NCBI GenBank assembly: GCA_038087875.1
Contig: CM075992.1
Coordinates: 6,078,001-6,142,000 of the forward strand
Direction: 5' to 3'
Source: Malacoraja senta
Lineage: Eukaryota
DNA length: 64,000 nucleotides
Positions 14,444-28,100 of the stretch are shown here, piece after piece (position 1 is the first letter of the stretch; the number at the start of each line of letters is the position of its first letter). The translations under genes and the position numbers were made by a program. The notes under the pieces were generated by a model. It made no database searches. It was not told the origin of the DNA and saw nothing but the letters and a program-made list of their open reading frames with translations.

Positions 14444-14643
14444 NNNNNNNNNNNNNNNNNNNNNNNNNNNNNNNNNNNNNNNNNNNNNNNNNNNNNNNNN
14501 NNNNNNNNNNNNNNNNNNNNNNNNNNNNNNNNNNNNNNNNNNNNNNNNNNNNNNNNNNNNNNNNNNNNNNNNNNNNNNNNNNNNNNNNNNNNNNNNNNNN
14601 NNNNNNNNNNNNNNNNNNNNNNNNNNNNNNNNNNNNNNNNNNN
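14444..14643. other. Assembly gap (200 N)
   Basis: Run of N. Confidence 1.
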
Positions 14644-16262
14644 GGAAGTGGTGTTGGGTAAATTGAATGGATTAAAGGCCGATAAATCACCAGGGCCAGA
14701 TAGGCTGCATCCCAGAGTTCTTAAGGAAGTAGCTCAGAAATAGTGGATGCATTAGTGATAATTTTTCAAAACTCTTCAGATCTGGAGTAGTTCCTGAGGA
14801 TTGGAGGGTAGCAACGTAACCCCACTTTTTAAGAAGGGAGGGAGAGAGAAAACGTGGAATTACAGACCAGTTAGTCTAACATCGGTAGTGGGGAAACTGC
14901 TAGAGTCAGTTATTAAAGATGGGATAGCAGCACATTTGGAAAGTGGTGAAATCATTGGACAAAGTCAGCATGGATTTACGAAAGGTAAATCATTGTCTGA
15001 CGAATCTTATAGAATTTTTTGAGGATGTAACTAGTAGAGAGGATAGGGGAGAACCACGTGGATGTGTTGTATCTGGACTTTAGAATGCTTTCGACAAGGT
15101 CCGACATAAGATATTAGTATACAAACTTAAAGCACACGGTATTGGGGGTTCAGTATTGATGTGATAGAGAACTGGCTGGCAAACAGGAAGCAAAGAGTAG
15201 GAGTAAACGGGTCCCTTTTCACAATCGGCCAGGCACGTGACTAGTGGGTTACCGCAAGGCTCAGTCCTGGGGACCCCAGCTATTTACAATTTATATTAAT
15301 GAACTGAGTGAGGGAATTGAAGGCAACATCTCCAAGTTTGCGGATGACACTAAAGTGGGGGGCAGTGTTAGCTGTGAGGAGGATGCTAGGAGACTGCAAG
15401 GTGACTTGGATAGGCTGGGTGAGTGGGCAAATGTTGGCAGATGCAGTATAATGTGGATAAATGTGAGGTTATCCACTTTGTGGCAAAAACAGGAAAGCAG
15501 ACTATTATCTAAATGGTGGCCGATTAGGAAAAGGGAGATGCAGCGAGACCTGGGTGTCATGTACACAGTCATTGAAAGTAGGCATGCAGGTGCAAGCAGG
15601 CAGTGAAGAAAGCGAATGGTATGTTAGCTTTCATAGCAAAAGGATTTGAGTATAGGAGCAGGGAGGTTCTACTGCAGTTGTACAGGGTCTTGGTGAGACA
15701 CACACCTGGAGTATTGCGTACAGTTTTGGTCTCCAAATCTGAGGAAGGACATTATAGCCATAGAGGGAGTGCAGAGAAGGTTCACCAGACTGATTCCTGG
15801 GATGTCAGGACTTTCATATGAAGAAAGACTGGATAGACTTGGCTTATACTCGCTAGAATTTAGGAGATTGAGAGGGGATCTTATAGAAACGTACAAAATT
15901 CTTTTGGGGTTGGACAGGCTAGATGCAGGAAGATTGTTCCGATGTTGGGGAAGTGCAGGACAAGGGGTCACAGCTAAAGGATAAGGGGGAAATCCTTTAA
16001 GACGAGATGAGGAAAAGCTTTTTCACGCAGAGAGTGGTGAATCTCTGGAACTCTCTGCCACAGAGGGTAGTTGAGGCCAGTTCATTGGCTATATTTAAGA
16101 GGGAGTTAGATGTGGCCCTTGTGGCTAAAGGGATCAGGAGGTATGGAGAGAAGGCAGGTACGGGATACTGAGTTGGATGATCAGCCATGATCATATTGAA
16201 TGACGGTGCAGGCTCGAAGGGCCGAATGGTCTACTCCTGCACCTATTTTCTATGTATCTATG
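14644..16262 (+). mobile_element. CR1-clade LINE, same subfamily, many 1-nt indels
   Basis: Near-identical inverted match to 12515-14143. Confidence 0.93.
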
Positions 16263-16264
16263 TA

Positions 16265-17470
16265 AATGGATGAAGTGGAGCCAGTGGATGTAGTGTATCT
16301 AGACTTTGAGAAAGCCTTTGATAAGGTCCCGCACGGGAGACTGGTGACTAAAATTAGAGCACATAGTATTGGGGTAGGGTGTTGACATGGATAGAAATTG
16401 GTTGGCAGACAGGAAGCAAAGAGTAGGAGTTGAACGGGTCCTTTTCAGAATGGCAGGCAGTGGCGAGTGGAGTGCCGCAAGGCTCGGTGTTGGGGCCGCA
16501 ACTGTTTACCATATATATTAATGATTTGGAAGAGGGAATTAGGAGCAACACTAGCAAGTTTGCGGATGAGACAAAACTGGGTGGAAGTGTGAAATGTGAA
16601 GAGGATGTTAGGTGGTTGCAGGGTGACCTGGACAGATTGAGTGAGTGGGCAGATGTGTGGCAGATGCAGTATAATATAGATAAATGTTAGTTATCCACTT
16701 TGGTGGCAAAAACAAGGGGGCAGATTATTATGTCAATGGGGTTTGGTTAGGTAAGGGGGAGGTACAACGAGACCTGGGTGTCCTTGTACACGGTCACTGA
16801 AAGTTGGCGTGTAGGTACAGCAGGCAGTGAAGAAAGCTAATGGAATGTTGGCCTTCATAACAAGAGGATTTCAGTATAGGAGTAGAGAGGTTCTTCTGCA
16901 GTTGTATAGGGATCTGGTGAGACCACATCTGGATTATTGTGTACAGTTTTGGTCTCCTAATTTGAGGAAGGACATCTTGTGATTGAGGCAGTGCAGCGTA
17001 GGTTCCGAGATTGATCCCTGGGATGGCGGGACTGTCATATGAGGAAAGATTGAAAAGACTAGGCTTGTATTCACTGGAGTTTAGAAGGATGAGGAAGGAT
17101 GTTTATAGAAACATATAAAATTATAAAATGACTGGACGAGCTAGATGCAGGCAAAATTTTCCCAATGTTGGTTGAGTCCAGAACCAGGGGCCACAGTCTT
17201 AGAATAAAAGGGAGGCCAGTGAGAAAAACCTTTTTCACCCAGAGAGGTTGTGAATTTGTGGAATTCCACTGCCACCAGAGGGCAGTGGAGGCCAAATCAG
17301 TGGATGGATTTAAAGAGAGAGTTAGATAGAGCTCTAGGGGCTAGTGGAATCAAGGGATACGGGAGAAGGCAGCCATGGGTTATTGATTGGGACGATCAGC
17401 CATGATCACAATGAAAGGCGGTGCTGGCTCGAAGGGCCGAATGGCCTCCTCCTGCACCTATTTTCAATGT
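16265..17470 (+). mobile_element. CR1-clade LINE fragment, more diverged
   Basis: GVPQGSVLGPQLF..KFADET; same 3' end structure. Confidence 0.9.
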
Positions 17471-17809
17471 TTCTTCCACGTTGATCTCACCTTCTCCCAG
17501 TCCTTCTCAGGAACTCCCCTTCGCATCTGGATCTCAGGAGAGAAGCCATTCACATACATCCTTTGTAATCTATGAATCTCCACAGCTTTCTTTACCTTAA
17601 CGTGTAGGAAGGAACTGCAGATGGTGGTTTACACCAAAGATAGACACAAAATGCTGGAGTAACTCAATGGGACCGGCAGCATCACTGGAGAGGGGGAATG
17701 GGTGACGTTTCAGACGGAAGAAGAGTCTTGACCCAAAATGTCACCATTCCTTCTCTCCAGAGACACTGCCTGTCCCGCTGAGTTATCTTTATCTTAGTCC
17801 CTCCTTCGC

Positions 17810-18372
17810 ACACACCTACACACACGTGCACACATGCACACACACACACACACACACACACGCTCAAACACACACACGCTTCACACACACACACACACAC
17901 ACACACCTACACACACGTGCACACATGCACACACGCTCACACACACACACACACACAAACACACACCTACACACACGTGCACACATGCACACACGCTCAC
18001 ACACACACACACACACGTGCACACACGCTCACACACACACACACACACACACACACCTACACACACGTGCACACATGCACACACGCTCACACACACACAC
18101 ACACACACGTGCACACATGCACACACGCTCACACACACACACACACACACGTGCACACATGCACACACGCTCACACACACACACACACACACATGCTCAC
18201 ACATGCACACACGCTCACACACACACACACACACGCTCACACACACACACACACACACACACGCTCACACACACACACACTCACACACACACACACACAC
18301 ACACATGCTCACACACACACACACACGCACACACACACACACACACACATGCTCACACACACACACACACAC
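17810..18372. repeat. Compound (CA)n satellite with a higher-order unit
   Basis: Repeats of CACGTGCACACATGCACACACGCT(CA)n. Confidence 0.95.
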
Positions 18373-18962
18373 CATGGTAAGGCAGAGTATAATGAATAAT
18401 GGGGAACAGCACAACTCGAAGACTTGGTCACTAGTAGAAACAGCCTCTCCACATTCTTTCCATCCAGGCCTTTCATTCTTCAGTAAGTTTCAATGCGATT
18501 CCCCCATCATCCATCTAAACTCCAACAAGTACAGGCCCACAAACGGTGGGTTCAGCCAGAGCAGCGAGTGTGCTGGTGGTGAGGATCTGGTTGTGTCTCT
18601 GCTCAAGGAACAGAATATTAATTGCCCACAAGGTGAGGTGCATGATTTAGACCCAGTAATGATGCAGGACCAGCAAAGTATTTCCAAATAGGGTTGTGCC
18701 TGACTTGGAGGGGAACCTGTGGGTGGTGGTGTTCCCAGTGCCTGAAGCCCTTGTCCTATTTGCTGATAAAGGTAAAAATGTCTGGAAGCAGCTGTTGGAG
18801 CAACCAAGGCAAGTAATCGACTGACTTCCAAGGACATTTCCTGCAGTATTTAAGAGCGACCACGTTGGTTCTGGTTACATAGACCAGCCTTGGTGATCAC
18901 ACCAGGTTAACAATAAGTAAACAATGTGTTTTTGTTGTTAACTATTGTCGCTGTTTACACAG

Positions 18963-19103
18963 ATATCGATGAGTGTGAATCCTCGCCCTGTCACCATAAC
19001 GCAAAATGTATCAACATGCCGGGTTATTACGTGTGCTTTTGCAAACACGGGTTTCTGGAATCACCTTCGTCGACCGGATACCAGGAAAATAGGATCTGTG
19101 ACG
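18963..19103 (+). CDS. Copy A exon: EGF-like Ca-binding domain 1 ([10 protein letters not shown]...RICD)
   Basis: acag|atatc acceptor, gacg|gtaagt donor, 141 nt, phase 1-1, six Cys. Confidence 0.9.
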
Positions 19104-22100
19104 GTAAGTACTGGAAGTGTCAACCACATTGGTGCGTTGGTCACGTGGGCTTGACCTGGTGAGGGCACCACATCTCCTTCCCTGGAGACGTGAGAGAAAC
19201 TGATGGTATATTTGTAACAACTTGTTCATTTTTGTGAGCACCATTACTCATGATTTGTTGTTTCCCATATTCCCGGTGCTGTGATGGGATGTGAATCTGA
19301 GTTTGTAGATGGAGACTGTGGTGATTTTATCCTGCACCACCAACAAACTCTGACCAGACACAATGTCCTCAGGTAACAGAGAACAACAAGGTTTACCATT
19401 GTGAAGGGTCTCAAGTTGGCATTGGAGTTGCTTACCCTTCACATTATCCCGCAGATTCCTGGAAATAACAAAGGATCTCATGGACGTTGTCCTCAGCCAA
19501 GGCCACAGGAAGGTCGAAGTGTTTTATAGAAGGCTGGGGTCACTTGGGATTTGTTGTCCACTGAGATTCAAAATTCAAACCTGGTTAGAGCCCAACCTGA
19601 GCCTGAGCCCAACCTGGAGTTGGGTCCCGCTGGAGGCGGTCAAGTCAAATGGTTTAACTTGACTTTGGACATGGATCTGAATGTGTGGGGATTGGGAAAT
19701 GGAGATGTGGACCAGGCTGTGCCCTTGGAAGCAGCGGTCATGTGGTAACGTCCGGATAGGCCAAGTTAGAGCTGGATGTCACACAATGTCTGGGAATTTA
19801 GTTTGGTGTAGTTTAGAGATACAGCATGAGTTCTATATTCTCCCACTTTCTTCTCCACTCCCCACACACTAGAGGCAATTTACAGAGGCTAATTAACCGA
19901 CAAACCCGCTCCTACTTGACATGTTGGACGAAAGCGGAGAATCAGGAATGTTTCCAATGACTCCTGTGTCTATGAGGCATACAGTCATAGAGTCATACAG
20001 CACGGAAACAGGCCCTTCGGCCCAACTCGTCCATGCTGACCAAGATGCCCCATCTAAGTTAGTCCCATTTACAAACATTTGGTCCATATCCCCCTGAGCA
20101 CTTCTTATCCCTGTACCTGTCCAAGTGTCTGTTAAATGTTATTATAGCATCTGCCTCAATTACCTCCTCTGTCACCTCGTTCCATACATCTGCCCCCCTC
20201 TGAGTGAAACAGTTGCCCCTCAGTTTCCTATTAAATTTGCCCCTCTCTTAAACCTCTGTCCTCTGGATTTTGATTCCCCTGCTCTGGGTAAAAGACTGTG
20301 TATTCATCCTATCTATTCCCCTCTTGATTTCATACATCTCTATAAGATCATCCCTCAGTGTGGGGTAAGTCCATGCCGGGCAGAGAGTGGGTGAAGAGTA
20401 ACAGGGATGTGAGAGTGAGCTCCTGTCACTCCAGGTTATCAACGAGTAAACAACGTGATTCTGTTGTCACTGTTTACACAGATATCGATAAGTGTGAATC
20501 CTCGCCCTGTCACCATAATGCAACTTGTACCAACACGCTGGGTTCCTACCAGTGCAACTGCAACGCAGGGTTTCAGGCATCAGTTTCGTCCACCGGACTC
20601 CGTGCAAATAAGACCTGTGAAGGTGAGGACAGGAAGAGTCAACCACATTCGTGCGTAGGTCACGTGGGCTTGACCTGGTGAGGACACCAGATCTCCTTCC
20701 CCGGGGACGTGAGAGAAACCGATGGTATATTTGTGACAACTTGTTCATTTTTGTGAGCACCATTACTCATGATTAGTTGTTTCCCATATTCCCGCTGCTG
20801 TGATGGGATGTGAATATGAGTTTGTAGATGGAGACTGTGGTGATTTTTTCCTGCACCACCAACATACTCTGACCAGACACAATGTCCTCAGGTAACAGAG
20901 AACAACGAGGTTTACCATTGTGAAGGGTCTCAGGTTGTCATTGGGGTTGCCTACCCTTCATATTATCCCGCAGATTCCTGGAATTAACAAAGGATCTCAT
21001 GGACGTTGTCCTCAGCCAAGGCCACAGGAAGGTCGTAGTGTTTTCAAAGAAGGCTGGGGTCACTTGGGATTTGTTGTCCACTGAGATTCAAAATTCAAAC
21101 CTGGTTAGAGCCCAACCTGCGCCTGAGCCCAACGTGGAGTTGGGTCCCGCTGGAGGCGGTCAAGTCAAATGGTTTAACTTGAGTTTGGACATGGATCTGA
21201 ATGTGTGGGGATTGGGAGATGGAGATGTGGCCCAGGCTGTGCCCTTGGAAGCAGCAGTCATGTGGCAACGTCCAGATAGGCCGTGTTAGAGCTGGATGTC
21301 ACACAAGGTCTGGGAGTTTAGTTTGGTTTTGTTCAGAGATACAGCATGAGTTCTATATTCTCCCACTTTCTTCTCCACTCCCTACACACTAGAGGCAATT
21401 TACAGAGGCTAATTAACCGACAAACCCGCACCTACTTGACATGTTGGAGGAAAGCGGAGAATCAGGAGTGTTTCCAGTGACTCCTGTGTCTATGAGGCAT
21501 TCAGTCATAGTCATACAGCACGGAAACAGGCCCTTCGGCCCAACTCATCCATGCCGACCAATTTGCCTCAATGAATTACTTCCTCTGTCACCTCGTTCCA
21601 TATATCTGCCCCCCTCTGTGTGAAACAGTTGCCTCTCCGCTTCCTATTAAATTTGCCCCTCTTAAACCTGTCGTCTGGTTTTTGATTCCCCTGCTCTGGA
21701 TAAAAACTGTACACTCGCCCTATCTATTCCCAACATGATTTCATACACCTCTATAAGATCAGCCCTCAGTGTGGGGTAAGAACATGCCGGGCAGAGAGTG
21801 GGTGAAGAGTAACAGGGATGTGAGAGTGACCTCCTGTCACACTCTGTGCATCACTCCCTCGTCAATCGCAGTCTCTCGCCCCTCACCATCCGTGCTGTTG
21901 ATGTTTGTATCTCTGTCCCTCTCTGCAACAGACGTGGACGAATGCGAGCATGGGCACCAGTGCAGCACCAACATGACCTGTCGCAACACCTTTGGGAGTT
22001 ACCTCTGTGTCTGTGGAGCAGGATATCACCCAGAGCTGGGACAGATGCACCAGGCCTGTCAAGGTAAACGCAGTCTTCAGATGAGAGCTGATGTTCAGGG

Positions 22101-25100
22101 AATCAAAACTGGAGATGACGGAAACACTCACCAAGTCAGGCAGAAGCTGTGGAAGGGACGGCGGGGACTGATTAGTGATGGTTAACATGGCTCTCTGGGT
22201 GGGAAATTGTGGATCACAGATTTGATTGGGTGCTTTGAAAAGGTGAGAAGGCACTTGCCATGTTTGCCTTCATTGGTCAGGGCATTCAGTACAACAGCCG
22301 TTGTGTTACAATTGTGCAAATGTTGGTGAGACCACACTTGAAATATTGAGACCACTTCAGGTCGCCCAGTCTGACGCTGCGCATGGTGGGAGCACCATGG
22401 TGGAGCTCTGGGTGAGGAGCAGAGTTGAGGTCTACTCTGCCCGATGGGTGAACATCAGGAGGGTGACTGGTGGAGTCTACAGGTGGCACTGACATCTCTT
22501 TCATGTGATTCTTACACCAGTCGATCCGCTCAATTGTTCCGACTCGGGAAAGCAGAGTTCCACAGTGCTGCGGTGCAGTCCCAAGCAGGTACGTGAACGG
22601 CCTCTGACTTCCACAGAGACACAGCGATTAGATCCACACTGCTGGAGCGACTCAGCGGGTCAGGCAGCACCTGTGGAGGGAATGGACAGACCACATCGAG
22701 TGTCGGGACCATCCTTCAAGATTTCACATTGTGGTGTCCACTACAATCAGACTGAAGAAGCTTCACGACCTCGAAACATCACCTATCCATGTTCTCCAGA
22801 GATGCTGCCTGACCCGCTGAGTTCCTCCAGCACTTTGTGTTTTACACTATGTACCATACCCTGTAAAGTACATGTCGCTCTACAGGACGTTTGTTCGGCT
22901 AAATTTGGACCATTACATACAGTTGTGGTCGCCACATTACAGGAAGGATGTGGAGGATCTGGAGAGGGTGCAGAATGATGTCTGGATTAGGTGGTGTTAG
23001 CTACAGGAGAGATTGGACAGATTGTGTTCTGGAATGCCAGAGGTTGAGGGGAGACCTGATAGAAGTATATAAAATGATGAGAGACATGGATGGGATAGAC
23101 AGTCAGCTTTAGGGCGAGAGGGGCAAAGTTTCAAGGAGTTGATCGGGGGACAAGTATTTTACACACGGGATAGTGGGTGCTTGGAACACACTGATGGGGG
23201 TGGAGCAGATATGACCATGGTGTTTAAGATACTTTTGCATTTGCACACAGATATGCAGGGAATGGAGGGATATGGGTTATGTACAGGCAGATAAGAGTTG
23301 GTCTTATCATCGTGTTCGCCACAGACATTATGGGCCAAAGGGCCTGTTCCTGTGCTGTACTCCTCAGTGTTCAGTGTTTATAAAGGCAACCCTTCTTTAT
23401 AAGCATCTCCTTGGTGTCATTGCCACCATTTAAGCCGTGAGGTCCATTCTGACACTCACACCACCCCTGTACACAAGCAGTTTTACAGCCTTTATAGTCG
23501 GACATTAACAAGAATATTTGTAAAACTCTTTTTCCGATTGCTTGTAACATTTGACTAATTCCCCAGCACGGCCAATCCAATATATCTAACTGTTGTCTTG
23601 TTCCATTGTCCAGTTAACCTCTGCAGAAGACGTGCTGAACAAAGCTGTTTGCTTCCAAGAGAAAATGTGTCAGAATTTCAACGTGGAAAGTGATATCAAG
23701 GTAAGGTTTTACAAACCGTACGATTTTATCTTCGGGTATAAGTGGTGAGTGTCTGAGATAGAGAGAGTCACGAGGATATTTACAAAGATTCTGTGGGCAG
23801 CACAGTGGCGCAGCGGGTAGAGCTGCTGCCTCACAGCCCTAGTCACAGGGTTCGATCCTGACTTTGGGTGCTGTCTGTGTGGAGTTTGCACGTTCTCTCT
23901 GTGACTGTATGGGTTTGCTTTGGGACCTCTGATTTCCTTCCACAATTGAAAGACGTGCAGGATAATTGTGTTCTGTAAGTTACCCCATGTGTATCGAGAG
24001 TGGATGAGAAACTGGGATGACATGGAACTAGTGTGAACGGGTGATCGACGGTCAGCGCGGACTCGGTGGGCCGAAGGGCCTGTTTCCGTGCTATTTCAGG
24101 ATTCTAGCATTCAATATGATGGAGACATCGAGAAAGGAAACAAGCACTTTGGCCAAACTCGTCCATGTTAACCAAGATGCCCCGTCTAAGCTCGTCCCAT
24201 TTCCCCATGTTTTGCCCATATTCTCTCAACATTACTGAACCATGTAACCGCAATGTTTTGCTTTTCAATATATTGAGTGTTCTCTTCACCCGTAGGACAT
24301 GGAAACCTTTACAAACACGGTTCTCAATCACTCACTGCTGGAAACCATGAACACAAATGAAAGGCTGAAGGTAGTAACAGCCACATTCGATCTTGTGGAC
24401 AATATGGCCATGGCGATAGCTCTCACTCTGCCCAGTTCACAAGTGAAGACCATCACAACAGATTCATTTGGTAAAGTACTCTCCGTGGGAAACATTCACC
24501 ATCGCAACAAAGGTTCTCGTTGCTAGTTACTGAGTGTGTGGAACTGGATTTAAATGAAGGGGAGGCAATGTGGAGTTTACTTTAAAATAATCAGCTTTGA
24601 GCCTGAAGTTCCTGTTCATCACTTGGTGTTGAATAGAGGAAGATGGATTGATTAAGATGTTGGCTCTTGATATCAATGTTACCGCAATATTTCCTGAGGC
24701 AGAAAATCAACAGAACTGCAGATTGAAGGGAATTTGGGGGGAAATGTCCCAGAAAATGCTGGAAACACTCGGCAGCTCAGGCAGCATCTGAGGCAAGAGA
24801 AACGGCCGATGTTTCAGGTTAAAGACGTGAACTCTTTCTCTTTCCACTCGTTCTGCCTGAGCTGCTGAATCCACCGCCTGCTGTGTTTTGATGTCAGAGT
24901 TGCTGAGACTGCGTGGGAAGGGCTTGGTGTAACAAGACACACCTAGAATGGTGAGGTGTCCTGTCTCCGGTGTTGTACCTGTTGCCACAGCTCCGTAGGC
25001 AGGTCGCTCAGGGGTCACTGTCAGCTGGGGTTCCTGTTTCGTGCAGGAACGAACTGCAGATGCTGGTTTAAACCAAAGATAGACACAAAACGCTGGAGTA

Positions 25101-28100
25101 ACTCAGCGGGGCAAGCAGCATCTCTGGAGAGAAGAAATGGGTGACATTTCGGGTCGAGACCCTACTTCAGACTGGTTAGAGAATAAGGGAAACGAGAGAT
25201 ATATACAATGAAGTCGAGAGATAAAGAACAATGAATGAAAGATATGCAAAAAAGTAACGATGATGAAGGAAACAGGCCATTGTTAGTTGTTTGTAGGGTG
25301 AAAACGAGAAGCTAGTGCGACTTAGGTGGGGGAGGGATAGGTAGAGAGGGAATGCAGGGGCTACCTGAAGTGAGAGAAATCAATATTCATACCACTGGGC
25401 TGTAAGCTGCCCAAGCGAAATATGAGATGATGTTCCTCCAATTTGCATTTAGCCTCACTCTGACAATGGAGGAGACCAAGGACAGAAAAGTCTGTGTGGG
25501 AATGGGAAGGAGAATTAAAGTGTTTAGCAACCGGGAGATCAGGTTGGTTCAGGTGGACTGAGCAAAGGTGTTGAGCTAAACGATCGCCCTGTTTCCCCGC
25601 ACCAAAGATCCTATAGCGAGCAAGATGGTCCACGATGGACGAAAAAGATGTAGCACGGTCATGGGCAGATTCATGGGTAATTTAAGGCCCCATTTCCGTA
25701 ACCGGCTTCCGTCTCCGCACCAAAGATCCCATTGGATAATAGTGCGGAGACGGAAGGGAAAAATCTTCTCCTCATTTTCAGAATTTTAATTTATTAACAC
25801 AAACTGTTACCCCGCAACGTTGATTACACTGCGAGTCGGGTCGGGTCGGGTCCGGTTACGGAAATGGATGAAAAAAAGGCCCACGTTCCGTTCCGTTGCG
25901 TACTACACGTCAGCCCATTGTATTTAGCAGGAGTGGTCTATCTTGCTTCGCTATAGGATCTTTGCCCCGCACTGTGCAGTGGTGACTGGAGCTCGCCTGT
26001 GCTGTACTTATACCCACAAACTCTAACTGTAGGTGTAGTAGCCGTTTAGCTGCCCACTGTTCACACTCAACTCACAACCTTCTCTAAAGAAAACAATGCC
26101 TCCTTCTCTGGCCTGTCCATGGGACTGGTGTTCCTCAGTGACTGGATATTACCACCAAATCTTGCCTGCTCTCTCTCTAAGGCCACATCTTCTCTCATGC
26201 AGGGTACCCAGGTGCAATATGACTGAACCATCTTCATAGCAATTCAATGACACTTCAACGGTGACATCCATCAGGACGTTCTGAGGTTGAGAGAGACACA
26301 GGGTTGAGGACCAGTCAGCCCAGACTCTGTGCTCAGGGTGTGGAAGTGGGACTCCACACTACCTCCAGGCTCAGAAGCAAGAGCACTACCTGAGCCACGG
26401 CTAACAAGGGTTGGCAAGCTGTTAGACCTTGGGGACTGTTGCAAAGCTTGTGGCAGAGAGAGAGACGGAGAGAGAGAGGGATCAGTTCTGTTGCCATTGC
26501 ATGCTTCACAATGTCTGATCTTTTCTCATAGTTCTGAAGGTCCAGGTGATTGAAAAGAAGAATAGCAGTGAGGACCAGTTGGTGGAGATGCAGGTTAAGA
26601 GCAATGTCATGAAGATATTCTGGAGTTCAATCACTGGAGGCACTAATCCTGGTAAATGTTCTGTCTCTTTCCCATCCTTCCATACCTGGTGTGTAGATAT
26701 CACAGGAACGGATGGAACATAGAAAACGACACAGCAGAGGAACAGGTCCTTTGGCCACAACCTCAGTGCGGAACATGAAGCCAAGATAAACTAGCCAGCC
26801 TGACCATGATCCATGTCCCTCCATAGCCATGTGCCTATCTAAAAGCCTCTTACACGCCATTATTGTGTCAGCTTACACCGCCACCCCTGGCAACATGTTC
26901 CAGGCACCCACCACCGTCTGGATTAAAAACTTGCCCCGCACATCTCCTTAAAACTTTTCCCTTTCACGTTAAAGCCATGCCCTCTCGTCTAGATATTTGC
27001 TACATTCATCACATCATTCCACAGAAAGGCATCATCTAGATGATGATGGGTGGATGTCATAGAATCTTTTATCCAGAGTAGGGGAATCAAGAACCAGAGG
27101 ACATAGGTTAAAGGTGAGAGGGGAACCCCAGGGGCAACTTTATCACTCATGGAGGGGTGGGTTTGTGGAAGAAGCTTCCAGAGGAGGATGTTGAGGCCGG
27201 TTCTATAACAGCCGGTTCTTTAAAAGACACTTGGACAGATACATGAATACAAAACATTTAGACAGATATGGGCCAAACGCAGGGAAATGGGACAAGCTTA
27301 GATGGGGCATCCTGGTCGGCATGGACAAGTTGGGCTAAAGGGCCTGTATCTGTGCTCTGTGACACAATGACTCTATCTTGTGTGTATGGCCATGTGTAAG
27401 CACCCACAAGGCACAAGTCAGGACCGTGATAGATCACCCTCCACTTGCCTGGATGAGTGCAGTTGAAACAGCACTCAAACTAACCTGACACTGTCCTGGA
27501 CAAAGCAGGCCGCTCGATGATCTCCCGATCCACCACTGTTTACAGCTGGTTTTAATGCTCAGAGCCCCAGTACAGGGCACCACAGGAATGGGTGGCGTGT
27601 GCTGTAGACCTGCCTTTATGTCCAGTTTCTGGAGTCTTACACCTGACATTTCTCCACACTCACCAATGGTTGAACTGTTATCTCCGGCAGAGTTTGTGGC
27701 TGTTTCCTTTCTTGTATTCAACGACATGGAATCCCTGTTGAACAGAGAGATTAAAGGGGGAAACTCAACTCAGAGGACGGTCCCATTGAAGTCCAAGGTG
27801 GTCTCAGCCACGATCAGCAACAAAGACGCCAGCTCCAAGCTGAAAGAAATGGTCAATTTCACTCTGATACTCAACCAGGTTTGTAAATACCACCCGGGGT
27901 GTTTCCCGATGGATAATGGGCTCCCCCAAAGGTACAAATGGGAAATAGTTCCTGAACTCAGAATTAAACCCCTTCCGCATCCATTGGGTAAGTCCCCATC
28001 AAATCTGGGTCACATAGTGCAGGAAATTACAAGGTGTTATCTAGGACTAACTGGACAAGTAAATGAGTGAAAAGCTAAAGGTGCAGAGACTGGAATGAAA

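Larger units (their letters stand above)
18897..21840 (+). repeat. Tandem duplication of a ~1.5-kb EGF exon + intron unit
   Basis: Exon starts are 1519 nt apart; downstream introns align throughout; both units end in gtgagagtga(g/c)ctcctgtcac. Confidence 0.92.

Noticed and set aside
14644..17470. Frameshifts as programmed or biological events
   Set aside because: Dense 1-nt indels beside a gap fit consensus error or decay better.
18370..18382. CACCATG|GTAAGG as a start codon plus donor for copy A
   Set aside because: It abuts a microsatellite, is phase 0 while the EGF exon needs phase 1, and encodes no signal peptide.
23627..23700. Alternative acceptor at 23626 joining EGF3 directly
   Set aside because: Not needed once the 68-nt exon at 22521 was found, and that AG is not conserved in B.
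23796..23870. tRNA-like A/B boxes
   Set aside because: Heads of multi-copy SINEs, not tRNA genes.
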